A stretch of DNA of 64,000 bases from Pseudomonadota bacterium (GCA_039193195.1 JBCCWS010000005.1:56172-120171); one strand, 5' to 3'; counted from the first letter of the stretch, positions 20,226 through 30,483 are shown. Notes: generated from the letters alone by a model not told the origin. Made by a program: numbers and translations.

Positions 20226-21271
20226 TGCGCTTTCCTCATGTACTCCTCGACTCTGGCGATCGACTTCATCCAGTTGGTGTGCTGATAGGTGGTGATGCTG
20301 AGGTAGTACGCGGCCAGGGCGGATTGCGCCTGTTGCGCGGACTGCGCGAGGGCGTCGGACGATTTCATCATCCCGTAGTGCGTGCGCACGCAGGAGATGA
20401 TGAGGAAGTAGGCCACGGTCGCCGGGTTGACCACCGCTTCGGACAGACCCGTGCGCAGCCGGTACTCCGAGTAAAAGGCTTCGGGCGCCGTGGCCAGGAG
20501 GTCCGGTGGCACCACGCCGCACACGTGGGCAAACCATCCGAGGTCTTCGCGTGGGTCTCCAATATGCGCTAGCTCCCAGTCCACCAGCACGGGGTTTGCG
20601 GTCGCATCTTGTGGCGCGATGACGTTACCTGCTTGGAAGTCGCCGTGAACCAGAGACAAAGGTGCCTCGGGTGGACGATTGTCATCCAGCCAACGGGCGA
20701 GATAGCGTAGGAAAGGGCGCGAGGCGCCCGATTGCGCCTCCGCCTCGCGAAACGATTCGATCTGCCCATCGAGGTAACTCGTCCAATCGGCAGGACGCTC
20801 CAGCGCATCCGGCAGCGATGCCAGGTCGATCGACTGCACCTGGGCAGCGACCCCTGCGAGGACGTGGTTCAATGCTGGGTAGCTCGTCTGCTCCGCCTCT
20901 CGACAAAGCTCCACGAAGGGTCGCCCCGGAACGGCTCGAAACAGATAGGCCACGCTGTCGAAGAATTCGTTCCCCATGTCGGCGGCGATCAGCGTAGGTG
21001 CGTCGATGCCCTGGGCGTCGCTCAGGAAATCCAGCAAGGCCTTCTCGACCTGCCGATCGACGCGTACCAGCCCCGTCGACCCCGGCGGCAGATACTGCAG
21101 CACGACGGCCTCCTCACCCTGGCCCTGCGCCATCGCCAGCTCGAGACGCCGCGTGAGGCGACTGTAGCCGCCGGCAACGGGCACCGAAGCGCGGATGCGC
21201 GCACCCGCGTAGCGCCGGTCGTGCTTGACGAGGCAGGCCAAGGCTGCCTCCTCCAGAGCGTTGATGTCCAT
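20222..21271 (-). CDS. APH-family phosphotransferase (LvaA / ACAD10 kinase-like)
   Basis: LVHGDFQAGN and VDWELAHIGDPREDLGW. Confidence 0.88.
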   Translation of the reverse strand: MDINALEEAALACLVKHDRRYAGARIRASVPVAGGYSRLTRRLELAMAQGQGEEAVVLQYLPPGSTGLVRVDRQVEKALLDFLSDAQGIDAPTLIAADMGNEFFDSVAYLFRAVPGRPFVELCREAEQTSYPALNHVLAGVAAQVQSIDLASLPDALERPADWTSYLDGQIESFREAEAQSGASRPFLRYLARWLDDNRPPEAPLSLVHGDFQAGNVIAPQDATANPVLVDWELAHIGDPREDLGWFAHVCGVVPPDLLATAPEAFYSEYRLRTGLSEAVVNPATVAYFLIISCVRTHYGMMKSSDALAQSAQQAQSALAAYYLSITTYQHTNWMKSIARVEEYMRKAQ

Positions 21272-21294
21272 GCTTCGTTCCACCCTGCGCAGCC

Positions 21295-22071
21295 TTAGAT
21301 GCTCGTGAATCCGCCGTCGATGACAAGCTCCGATCCGGTGACGAAACTCGCCTGGTCGGAGCACAAGTAAACGACTCCGCCCGCGATCTCCGCTGGTTGC
21401 GCCAGACGACCCAGCACATGCCGACTCTCGATCGTGTCGATCGCCCGCTCGTAGGTCGGTGCGATCCCTAGCTCCACGTAGGCGCTGGCAATCGACTCCA
21501 ACATCGGGGTATCCACGCCCCCCGGGTGCACGCTGTTCACTCGAATGTTGTGCTGCAGTGCGCCGAACTCGTGCGCCGCCGACTTCGTGAGGCTGGTGAT
21601 CGCCGCCTTACTCGCGCAATAGGCGGCCATGAACGCGGCGCCGCGCAGCCCGCCTACGGAAGAGACGTTGACCACCGACGCGCCTGCCCCACTGCTGGCG
21701 CCCGCCACCTTGAGCGGCGGTAGCATAGTCTTGAGGCTGAGCAGTACCGACTCGACGTTGATCGCCTGCACGTCGCGCCACAGGGCCAGATCCGTCTGCT
21801 CGAGGGGGCCGATGGTGCAGGTCGCGGCGTTGTTCACCAGTCCGTCCAGCCGCCCGTAGTCGTTGGCGATACGATCGGCCGACGTTTCCCAGGCGACCTC
21901 GCTCGAGGCGTCTAGCGCCCAGCACGCGTGTGCCGAGAGCTCTCCGGGTGCTTCGCGATCGGTGGCGATGACGGTGGCGCCGTGGTCGCTCAGCGCGGAG
22001 CAGATGGCGGAGCCGATACCGCCTGCCGCGCCGGTCACCAATATGATCTTTCCGTTCAGACTACTTAGCAT
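21295..22071 (-). CDS. SDR family oxidoreductase
   Basis: TGAAGGIG, NNA, YCASK. Confidence 0.92.
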   Translation of the reverse strand: MLSSLNGKIILVTGAAGGIGSAICSALSDHGATVIATDREAPGELSAHACWALDASSEVAWETSADRIANDYGRLDGLVNNAATCTIGPLEQTDLALWRDVQAINVESVLLSLKTMLPPLKVAGASSGAGASVVNVSSVGGLRGAAFMAAYCASKAAITSLTKSAAHEFGALQHNIRVNSVHPGGVDTPMLESIASAYVELGIAPTYERAIDTIESRHVLGRLAQPAEIAGGVVYLCSDQASFVTGSELVIDGGFTSI

Positions 22072-22292
22072 CGAGGTCTCACGATCATGCTGTTCCACAA
22101 GCCACCCGGCGCGGCCGCATCCACGCAGATGAGCGCTGCGCCACTCATGAGGTCACTGTGTGGCAGTAGTCCCAAGGTGTATACTGCTAAAAGTGATAAG
22201 ACTTGGGTTCACGAGTCGACATCCACGCTGTGCTGGGCCGCCCGAACGGGTGACCAGGCAGCGATACTCCTCCTTAGCCAGCGTTACGCACC

Positions 22293-23075
22293 ATGTCCGT
22301 CATAGAGAACGCACGCAGTGTACGTATTGATACGGCGTCGGACATCCGTGCTTGCGCCGAGCGGTTTCGCGATATCGTCGAGGACCTGTGCCACATGCGC
22401 GTGGCGGCCTCGCACAATATCGCCAGATCAGGCACGCCGCGAGACCAGGACGGTAACTTGCTGGCGACCACCGTGTTCGGCTGGAAGGATGGTGACAGCG
22501 ACTGGTGGAAGACCGACGGACTCGGTCTGAACTCGCCGATTCCCATGGCCTGCCGCTATGAGAGCGAGCCCTTTTGGATCAGCCAGCGAGGTATCGTCTC
22601 GCGCCACGAGAACCGCTTTCTGAGCGAAATCGACCTCGCCAAGTTCGAGCAGCGCGCCAAGACCCACGCCGCCATCGTGGTGCCCGTGCACCTGCCTTTC
22701 GGCCAGGTTGGCGCGGTCAGCTACAACCCTCATTCGCCCGAGGAGACGGATCTCTCCGAGAAGTTCGCCGACTACTGTGAAGAGCTCGGCATTTACGCCC
22801 GCACCTTCATTCGCAGCTACATCAACGTTTCTGAGCGCACGCCTATCCTGCCCATCCAGTCGAAGCTGAGTCGGCGCGAGGTGGAATGTCTGCGCTGGGC
22901 GGCGCTGGGCAAGACGGATCAGGAGATCAGCATCATCATCGGCCGCAGCCGAGCGACGGTTCGCTTTCACATCCGCAACGCGACGGAGAAGCTGGATGCG
23001 GTCAACAAGAGCCAGGCCGTGTTCAAGGCCACGCAGCTGGGCTATCTCTCGGCTAAGACCAATACAGCGAAGTAG
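22293..23075 (+). CDS. LuxR-family regulator with autoinducer-binding-like N-domain (no luxI in window)
   Basis: C-terminal HTH LSRREVECLRWAALGKTDQEIS...TVRFH; N-domain PFW and IVVPVH motifs. Confidence 0.88.
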   Translation: MSVIENARSVRIDTASDIRACAERFRDIVEDLCHMRVAASHNIARSGTPRDQDGNLLATTVFGWKDGDSDWWKTDGLGLNSPIPMACRYESEPFWISQRGIVSRHENRFLSEIDLAKFEQRAKTHAAIVVPVHLPFGQVGAVSYNPHSPEETDLSEKFADYCEELGIYARTFIRSYINVSERTPILPIQSKLSRREVECLRWAALGKTDQEISIIIGRSRATVRFHIRNATEKLDAVNKSQAVFKATQLGYLSAKTNTAK

Positions 23076-23086
23076 GCGGACACGAT

Positions 23087-24232
23087 CTAAACCGACAGGA
23101 CGGTGACCGCGGACAGCCCTGGCGCTCCGTACACCTGCGTGAAGCCCGTTTTCGGTTCGCCGCCGACCTGGCGCCCCTCGGCGCGGCCGCGTAGTTGCAT
23201 GCAGATCTCATGAACCTGGCGCAGGCCTGAGGCACCGATCGGCTCGCCGTTAGCGAGGCATCCGCCGTCCGTGTTGACCGGCAGGCGGCCGTCGATTCGG
23301 GTCTCACCGTCGCGGATCAAGCGCTCCTGCTCCCCGTGCGCGCAGAAGCCGCACTCGGCCAGGTGCATGATCTCCGCCCCGGATTCCGTGTCTTGCACCT
23401 GCACTAGATCGATGTGCTCGGGGCCGATCCCTGCTGCCTCGAAGGCGGCGTGCGCAGCGTCCTCGGTTACCGGGGGCGTGATCGTCGCTGGCACGCAGCT
23501 GTCGTAGACCTCGAAAGTGCCGTAGCGACGCGTTCGTAGCACGCACGCCTCGAGCACGACGGCTTGCACGCCGAGGCGTCGCGCCTCCCGCTCGCTGGTT
23601 AGGATGATGGCGACGCCGCCTTCGCCAGGGCTGCAGAACATGTACTTGCGCAGGGGGTCGCAGATCATCTCGGAGCTGGCGATTTGCGCGTGGGAGACGG
23701 CCTCGCGACGCCAGGCCGTGGGCGTGCGAGCCCCGTTCTCATAGGCCTTCTGCGCTACATCAACCAGGCAGTGTTCGCTGATGCCGTACTCGTGCATGTA
23801 GCGCTGCAGCTTCAGCGCGAAGAACTGCGCCGTCACCATCAGGCCAGACTCGGCCAGCCACGGCGGGACGGCATTGCTCTCGGGGTTGGGCGCGAAGGCG
23901 CCGCGCTCGTGCTTGTCGAAGCCGATGGCCATCGCGTACTTGGCCACCCCGGCGCGGATCGCGTTGGACGCCGAAAACAGGGCACTTCCGCCGGTCGCGC
24001 AGCCCGTGTACACGTTGACGAAGGGCAGCCCCGTCAGGCCCAGCCGATCGCTGGCCGCCGCCGCGTGACCGGAGGACCGCGATCCGCCGTAGGCCACGCC
24101 GATGTCCGCCCAGCGAAGACCTGCGTCTGCCAGCGCCTCGCGGGCTGCGGCTACGCCCTGCTCCAAGCCCGAAACGCCTGGTGTCCTGCCGAAGGGGTGC
24201 AGGCCTATACCGACGATTGCGACCCGCTCCAT
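23087..24232 (-). CDS. SCP2-type thiolase / lipid-transfer-protein family
   Basis: GCATGGSA, QVQD, NTDGGCLANGEPIGASG. Confidence 0.88.
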   Translation of the reverse strand: MERVAIVGIGLHPFGRTPGVSGLEQGVAAAREALADAGLRWADIGVAYGGSRSSGHAAAASDRLGLTGLPFVNVYTGCATGGSALFSASNAIRAGVAKYAMAIGFDKHERGAFAPNPESNAVPPWLAESGLMVTAQFFALKLQRYMHEYGISEHCLVDVAQKAYENGARTPTAWRREAVSHAQIASSEMICDPLRKYMFCSPGEGGVAIILTSEREARRLGVQAVVLEACVLRTRRYGTFEVYDSCVPATITPPVTEDAAHAAFEAAGIGPEHIDLVQVQDTESGAEIMHLAECGFCAHGEQERLIRDGETRIDGRLPVNTDGGCLANGEPIGASGLRQVHEICMQLRGRAEGRQVGGEPKTGFTQVYGAPGLSAVTVLSV

Positions 24233-24642
24233 TATGCTATCTCCACCTGGCTAAACTCATAGGTGGAGATGCCGCTACCATCTGCTTGGTGGCGTAGCAA
24301 GACCGTCCCCAGCACGAGACGCTCTCCCACCCTCAACGTGTTCGATGAGAGGCGAACGCGGGCCTTTATTTTGACCCCCCCTGCCATCTCTACCAGGCCA
24401 ACCCCGAACGGTTTGAACTGCTCGCGGGGTAGGCCGTCGTCGTAAGGCGCCTTTGGCGGGAAGCGCTGCACTGTCCATGACCACAAGGTGCCCTCATACC
24501 CAAGGGCGTGGGTCACCACGTCCTGCGAGGCGCAATTGGCGCACGCCTTGACCTTGGGGAAGAACACCTCCCCACAGGCCTGGCAGCGCGAGCCCAGCAG
24601 TCCGCGCGTAGCGCAGTAGATATCCTCGGCAATGAACGGCAT
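24232..24642 (-). CDS. DUF35 Zn-ribbon/OB-fold protein (thiolase partner)
   Basis: CQACG..FFP...CANC, GTLWSWT; coupled to the thiolase. Confidence 0.88.
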   Translation of the reverse strand: MPFIAEDIYCATRGLLGSRCQACGEVFFPKVKACANCASQDVVTHALGYEGTLWSWTVQRFPPKAPYDDGLPREQFKPFGVGLVEMAGGVKIKARVRLSSNTLRVGERLVLGTVLLRHQADGSGISTYEFSQVEIA

Positions 24643-24744
24643 GAGGGGGTTCTATCATGCCGTCGAAGTGCTACCCACCCTCATAAATGACAGTCCCCAC
24701 CACCGTGGGGCTCGTCATCATGGTGCAGGCACCAGGGGAGCGCG

Positions 24745-24909
24745 CTAGTGTCCTGAGTTGGAAGTTCGTTGATGAATTCGCACGCGAGTTTTTGTGCCTG
24801 AGCGCGGCGCGAGGACGAGCGTAGCAGGTCCCACGGGAGGAGGAGCAACGTGTTCAGGGGCGAAAACGTGCCGCGAAGTCATCAACGAACTTCTAACTCA
24901 GGACACTAG
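24745..24909. mobile_element. 165-bp palindromic MITE-like repeat, copy 2
   Basis: CTAGTGTCCTGAGTTGGAAGTTCGTTGATGA ... TCATCAACGAACTTCTAACTCAGGACACTAG with the shared core. Confidence 0.85.
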
Positions 24910-25920
24910 ATGACCTGTAACCGCCAGTGGTTGATCGACGGCAACCCGCACGGCCGTGCGGTGCGTACGAGCGACTTTCGCCTGAGCAGCAGCTCCCTCG
25001 CCCCCCTGGCAGGCGAACAGCTACGAATCCGCGTCGACTACCTGGAGTTCACCCCATCCCTTAAGGGCCAGATGGAGAACCGTCTCGCCTACGCTCAGAA
25101 GACGCGGGCGGGCGAGGTGATGCGCGGTCGCGGTCTCGGCACGGTCGTCGAGAGCCGCTGCACGCAGGTACCCACTGGGGCGAGAGTACTGGGCTATCTC
25201 GGGTGGCAGGAGTACGCCACGCTGGAGCTCGGCGAGATCACCGTGCTGCCGGACGATCGCTTCACCCGCCACCACCTCGGGCCCCTCGGCTCCACGGGCA
25301 TGGCTGCCTATTTCGGGTTGTTCGATGCGGGTAGACCAAACCCGGGCGACGTGGTGTTGATCTCTGCGGCGGCCGGCGCGGTCGGCTCCATGGTGGGGCA
25401 GATGGCGAAGCTCAGTGAGTGTCGTGTGATCGGCGTGGCAGGCGGGCCCATGAAGTGCCGCCACCTCTGCGATATCTTAGGTTTGCACGAGGCGATCGAC
25501 TACCGGGAGGAGGATCTGCCGACGCGTTTGCGCGAGTGTGCACCCGAGGGCGTCAACGTCGTATTCGACAACGTGGGCGGTGACTTTCTCCAAGCCGCTC
25601 TGGGGCACCTGGCGGTGGGGGCGCGGGTGGTGATCTGCGGCGCCATCTCGCGCTACGAGGCGGCGCAGGCGCCACCCGGTCCGAGCAACTATTTCAACCT
25701 CGTGCACAAGCGAGCGACGATGCAGGGCATCCTGTCCGTCGACTATCGCGAGCGCTTCCCCGAAGCCGTGGCCAAGATCCGCGCCTGGCTGGAGAGCGGT
25801 GAGTTCACCTACGTCGAGGACATCCAGCAGGGTTTTGAGAACATTCCCGCCGCGTTCCTGCGCTTGTTTTCGGGGCAAAATCTCGGCAAGCAGCTGCTGC
25901 GTCTCCAACAGGTGTCCTAG
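24910..25920 (+). CDS. NADP-dependent oxidoreductase (MDR, PGR/CurA-like)
   Basis: AAAGAVGS, FDNVGG, CGAIS, GQNLGK. Confidence 0.9.
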   Translation: MTCNRQWLIDGNPHGRAVRTSDFRLSSSSLAPLAGEQLRIRVDYLEFTPSLKGQMENRLAYAQKTRAGEVMRGRGLGTVVESRCTQVPTGARVLGYLGWQEYATLELGEITVLPDDRFTRHHLGPLGSTGMAAYFGLFDAGRPNPGDVVLISAAAGAVGSMVGQMAKLSECRVIGVAGGPMKCRHLCDILGLHEAIDYREEDLPTRLRECAPEGVNVVFDNVGGDFLQAALGHLAVGARVVICGAISRYEAAQAPPGPSNYFNLVHKRATMQGILSVDYRERFPEAVAKIRAWLESGEFTYVEDIQQGFENIPAAFLRLFSGQNLGKQLLRLQQVS

Positions 25921-27320
25921 ACCGGCAACTCCACATCCGGCGTGGGGGCTCCCCGCTCGCCCGTGTCGATGAATCGATCGACGAGCCTCTGGTAGTAACG
26001 AAGGCGCGCCTCCGTGTAGTGCCCGAAGTGCACATGGCCGGACTTCGCGGACTTCATGCCCCGCTGCACCTCGGGGATGTTGGCGAAGTCCTGATCCAGG
26101 ATCAGCCTAAGTGATGAAGAACCGAAGGCCTGGCTCTGCATGTCCTCGTCGAAGTCCACCACCGTCTTTGGGCTCGGTGGCGGCTTGGGTTGGCCCTCCG
26201 GCACCGGCTCCATCCACATGATGTCCATGATCGACTGCTCTGGGTCGCCTGGCGTAGGTCGCCAGCGGTAGACGAGCTTGGGCCCGTAGCCCGCCCAGAT
26301 GGCCGTGTTCGGGAAGACCGTGTAAAGCAGGTAGTCGAGCACTTCGGCGTCGGACGCGTGGCTCATGTCCGTGTTGTGATCGCGCGCGTAGGTCTCGCGC
26401 ATGCGTTGGCCGAGGAAGGTACGGGCGCGGAAGCGCTCGGGCAGCGAGGCGAGGTCGAGTTCGTCCACGCGACGATCGCCGCGATCTCGCATGAGGCGCA
26501 GCTTCTGGTGCTCGTTCGGCGTTGGCTGGAGCGAAGGTGAGGATGTCGCGGCCGCGGAGATATGGCGCGAGACGTAGGCGTTGAGGAAGTCGTATTGGGA
26601 GTTAATGTCAGCGATCGAGGGCAATAGCTGCGGGTGGACCGTATTCGAGTGGTGGCTCTCCATGAAGGACTCTTGCACGGTCTTCCAGTTGCCACGCACG
26701 CGCTTCTCGTACCACCAGGCGCGATAGCGCTCGTTCCAGCCAAAGGGCGCCAGGTGCTCGATGAGCGGTGCCGCGACGGTCTCGAAGTCCGTGGCAGCAT
26801 CATCCATGTTGATGAACACGAAGCACGCCCACACGGCCACCCGGGCCTGGGGCAGGTTCGCGTTTGTCTCATCCCACTGGGGCAGATCCCAGGCGAGAGG
26901 GTTGTGGACCAGCTTGCCTTCGAGGGACCAGGCGATGGCGTGGAAAGGGCAGACGAATTTGGTCTTGGTGCAGCTTCCGGTGATCAGTCGCCGGCCGCGG
27001 TGCAGACAGCTGTTGTAGAACGCCCGAATGCCCTCGTGGGTGTTCGCGATGATCAGGGAGCGCTCGCCGATCTCGTAGAGAAAGCAATCGCCCGCCTCGG
27101 GGATGTCGTCCACAAGGCAAGCGAGCTGCCAGGTGCGGGTCCACAGGTGCTGACGTTCTTTCTCGCGGAAGCTGGGGCTCCAGTAGCGCTCGACGTCGAT
27201 CGGATCCGTGCCCACGTCGGGAGTCGCCGCGTGCGCCAGGAAATCGGGCACGCCTGTCTCATCCGGCCCCACGATCTGTTCGTAGGTCTGCTCCGGCCTG
27301 CCCTTGCGCTCGTCTTCCAT
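25917..27320 (-). CDS. Rieske non-heme iron oxygenase alpha subunit
   Basis: CLHRG...CPFH Rieske motif, ESHHSNTVH iron site, DQD. Confidence 0.92.
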   Translation of the reverse strand: MEDERKGRPEQTYEQIVGPDETGVPDFLAHAATPDVGTDPIDVERYWSPSFREKERQHLWTRTWQLACLVDDIPEAGDCFLYEIGERSLIIANTHEGIRAFYNSCLHRGRRLITGSCTKTKFVCPFHAIAWSLEGKLVHNPLAWDLPQWDETNANLPQARVAVWACFVFINMDDAATDFETVAAPLIEHLAPFGWNERYRAWWYEKRVRGNWKTVQESFMESHHSNTVHPQLLPSIADINSQYDFLNAYVSRHISAAATSSPSLQPTPNEHQKLRLMRDRGDRRVDELDLASLPERFRARTFLGQRMRETYARDHNTDMSHASDAEVLDYLLYTVFPNTAIWAGYGPKLVYRWRPTPGDPEQSIMDIMWMEPVPEGQPKPPPSPKTVVDFDEDMQSQAFGSSSLRLILDQDFANIPEVQRGMKSAKSGHVHFGHYTEARLRYYQRLVDRFIDTGERGAPTPDVELPV

Positions 27321-27527
27321 GTGCGTACCGACCTCGTGCGCCCGCCAATGAATCGTCCTGCATTTGACGGCGTAAATCGCCCGCTCAAAAGTATAGTTTC
27401 AGAATTTCCACGGCCCTATACATTCTACGGGTTGGTGGTGAGTAGCAATGCGGGTGGATCGCGCGATGCGAACGGCGGCAACAGCGATGCGCGATGAGTC
27501 GAGTGCTGACGTGGACACCGGCGCAGG

Positions 27528-29156
27528 GTGGACGCCTGGCGCCGAGCTTATGTCGCAATGCGGTGCGCGAGGGGCAGTCTGAGCGTGGCGGGCGCCGCGT
27601 CGAGTGCGCTTACGCTTGGGGACATCGTTCGCCTGCAAGCTGCGCAACACCCGTCAAAGGTGGCCTTGGAGTTCGAGGGACGAGGCGTTTCCTACGGCGC
27701 CCTCGAGGAGCGCACCAACCGCGTGGCGCGCGGTCTCGCAGCGCTCGGCATCGCGCCCGAGGACCGCGTCTGCTACCTCGGACACAACACGCTGTGCTAC
27801 TTCGAACTCCTGCTCGGCGCGTCGAAGCTCGGCGCCGTGACGGTACCCCTGAACTGGCGCCTCGCGACGCCGGAGTTGTGCGCGATCTTCGAGGACACAC
27901 AGGCGCACGTCATCTTCGTCAGCGATGGCCTCGCGGCTAGGGCGCAAGAGGTGCGAGCGCACCTCGGTGATTCGCGTGTCACCCTGATCGAGACGTCGCA
28001 CTACGAAGACTGGCTTGCCCTCCACGACGGTGGTGAGTTCACCAGCGATGCGCCTGGCGCTGACCACGCCGTACTCCAGCTCTACACCTCGGGCACCACC
28101 GGCAGGGCCAAGGGCGCGTGTCTCTCCAATCGGGCACTGCTTGCCGCGCGAGCGCGCGACGCGAGTGCGGACAGCCCGGATTGGAATCGTTGGTATGCAA
28201 GCGACGTCAGCCTGATCGCCATGCCGTGCTTCCACGTGGCCGGCACCAGCTTCGCCCTGAACACGCTATACGCTGGGGCGACTGGCGTCATCGTGCAGCA
28301 CTTCAGGGCGGAACAGCAGGTTGAGCTGATGCTCGCCCACGGCATCACCAAGCACTTCGTGGTGCCCTCGGCCCTGCGCATGGTGCTCGAGGAGGCGCGC
28401 GCTCGCCAGCTCACCTTCCCCGCCCTCAAGTTCATCGCCTACGGGGCCTCGCCCATCCCCTTCGATCTCATGCAAGAGTGCATCGATGTGTTCGGTTGCG
28501 GCTTTGTTCAGAAGTACGGCATGACCGAGACCAGCGGCACCTGCGTGGCCCTGGGCCCGGAGGATCACACCCTGCCAGCGAACCCGCGGATGAAGTCCGT
28601 CGGCAAACCGCTCGCCGGCGTAGAGGTGCGAATCGTGGACACCAATGGTGCGTGGCTGGCACCGAAGTGCAGCGGTGAGATCGTGGTCCGCAGTCCGAGC
28701 AACATGACCGGTTACTGGCGCGACGACAGGGCTACTCGCGATGCCTACCTCCTCGGTGGCTGGCTGCGTAGCGGTGACATCGGTTACTTGGACGAGGATG
28801 GCTATCTTTTCGTCCAGGATCGCCTAAAGGATATGATCGTCTCCGGCGGCGAGAACGTGTACTGCGCCGAAGTGGAAGCGGCGCTTCGGGAAAACCCCGC
28901 CGTCGCGGACGTCGCCGTCATCGGCGTGCCCGACGCCACGTGGGGCGAGGCGGTGAAGGCCTTTGTCGTGCTCAACGACGACCACACCGCTGACGTACGA
29001 GGCATTCTGGCTCACTGCCGCGAGCGCCTCGCGGGCTACAAGACTCCTAAGAGTGTCGATTTTCTCGACGTCCTGCCGCGCAATGCCGCCGGGAAGATCC
29101 TCAAGCACACCTTGCGTGCGCCGTACTGGGTCGGCCACGAGCGCGCCGTGAACTGA
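27528..29156 (+). CDS. Long-chain fatty acid-CoA ligase (start uncertain)
   Basis: YTSGTTGRAKG, YGMTE, SGDIG, DRLKDMIVSGGENVY, GKILK. Confidence 0.92.
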   Translation: MDAWRRAYVAMRCARGSLSVAGAASSALTLGDIVRLQAAQHPSKVALEFEGRGVSYGALEERTNRVARGLAALGIAPEDRVCYLGHNTLCYFELLLGASKLGAVTVPLNWRLATPELCAIFEDTQAHVIFVSDGLAARAQEVRAHLGDSRVTLIETSHYEDWLALHDGGEFTSDAPGADHAVLQLYTSGTTGRAKGACLSNRALLAARARDASADSPDWNRWYASDVSLIAMPCFHVAGTSFALNTLYAGATGVIVQHFRAEQQVELMLAHGITKHFVVPSALRMVLEEARARQLTFPALKFIAYGASPIPFDLMQECIDVFGCGFVQKYGMTETSGTCVALGPEDHTLPANPRMKSVGKPLAGVEVRIVDTNGAWLAPKCSGEIVVRSPSNMTGYWRDDRATRDAYLLGGWLRSGDIGYLDEDGYLFVQDRLKDMIVSGGENVYCAEVEAALRENPAVADVAVIGVPDATWGEAVKAFVVLNDDHTADVRGILAHCRERLAGYKTPKSVDFLDVLPRNAAGKILKHTLRAPYWVGHERAVN

Positions 29157-29163
29157 AGCGCCG

Positions 29164-30213
29164 ATGCACTACGATAACCAGACCTGGATCCTCCGTCGTC
29201 GCCCCGTCGGCCAGCTACGCAGCTCCGACCTCGAACTGGTGAACGGCACCATCGAGCACGTGCCGGCGGGCGAGTGCCTGATCAAGACCCGCTACCTCGC
29301 GATGGACCCCGCAACGCGCGGTTGGATGGGTGAGTCGGGCGGGTACATGGATCCCTTGCCGCTGGACGGCCCAGTATTTGGCGTCACTGTGGGGGAGGTG
29401 ATCGTCTCCAAGGACCCGCAGGTGACGCCGGGCACGGTGGTCATGGGCCTTGGTGCCTGGGGCAGGTATTCAGTGGGGCCAATCGTGCCCGGTACGCTGG
29501 GTGAGCTCGGCGTGTTCTCGCCAACGCAGGCAAGTGACGAGCAGCAGATTCACCAGTGCCTGCACGCTCTGGGCACCAGCGGTGCCACCGCGTGGTACGG
29601 CCTACTCGATGTGGCCAGGATGCAGCCTGGCGATAAGGTCTTCGTCAGCGCCGCCGGCGGCAGCGTGGGCTCCTTGGTGGTGCAGATCGCCAAGCTGCGT
29701 GGGGCCGCCAAGGTGGTGGGCTGTGCGAGCAGCGCGCATAGGTGCGAGCAGATCGTCGCGCAGTACGGTGCCGACGCCTGCATCGACTATCGCCATTCGC
29801 CGGATCTGCGTGGCGCGCTCGCCCGCGAGTTCCCCGACGGCATCGATGTCTACTTTGACAACGTCGGCGGTGAGGTGCTCGAGGCCGTGTTGGATACGCT
29901 TGCACCCGGCGCGCGCATCGCTGCCTGCGGCATGATATCCCAGTACAACGATGCGAAAGGACAGGGCGCGCCGATCCGAAACCTATGGAATTTATTGGTG
30001 CGCGAGGCGACGATGACGGGCTTTTTGGTCTCCTCCTACTTCGGCACGGACGCCTGTGGCCGGGCGTTCGCCCAGTTGGCCAAGTGGTTGCAAGAGGGTC
30101 AGCTGCGGGCGATCGTGGACGAACGCGACCTATTCCACGATATCACCCGTGCCTACAATCTGCTGTTCAGCGGTGAGAAGTTCGGCCGGCTGATCGTGCG
30201 CGTGCCCGACTGA
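29164..30213 (+). CDS. NADP-dependent oxidoreductase (MDR, PGR-like), second paralogue
   Basis: MDPATRGWM, AAGGSVGS, YFDNVGG, CGMISQYN. Confidence 0.9.
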   Translation: MHYDNQTWILRRRPVGQLRSSDLELVNGTIEHVPAGECLIKTRYLAMDPATRGWMGESGGYMDPLPLDGPVFGVTVGEVIVSKDPQVTPGTVVMGLGAWGRYSVGPIVPGTLGELGVFSPTQASDEQQIHQCLHALGTSGATAWYGLLDVARMQPGDKVFVSAAGGSVGSLVVQIAKLRGAAKVVGCASSAHRCEQIVAQYGADACIDYRHSPDLRGALAREFPDGIDVYFDNVGGEVLEAVLDTLAPGARIAACGMISQYNDAKGQGAPIRNLWNLLVREATMTGFLVSSYFGTDACGRAFAQLAKWLQEGQLRAIVDERDLFHDITRAYNLLFSGEKFGRLIVRVPD

Positions 30214-30245
30214 TGAGCGTGCGAATCGTCGTTTAGTGGCGGGAG

Positions 30246-30470
30246 TTAGCTCGCCTTCGGCGAGCGGCGGAAGATGAAGGTCGCGAGAAAGAACCAGAGG
30301 TTCTTCTTTCTTTTGATCAGCGCGTAGGCCGAGCGCACATCCTCCGGCGAGAGCACGCCCTTCACCGGCATCGCTCCCATCACCGTGCCGGTAAAGGTGA
30401 TCTTCCCTCCCTCGCGATCGAGGGACTTGACCTCCATTAGCACGCTGCCGTCTGCACCGTTGACCTTCAC
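30246..30470 (-). CDS. Small hypothetical protein
   Basis: GTG at 30470 with GGAG RBS directly after the oxidoreductase; 74 aa, protein-like. Confidence 0.6.
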   Translation of the reverse strand: MKVNGADGSVLMEVKSLDREGGKITFTGTVMGAMPVKGVLSPEDVRSAYALIKRKKNLWFFLATFIFRRSPKAS

Positions 30471-30483
30471 ACCCAGCTCCTGA

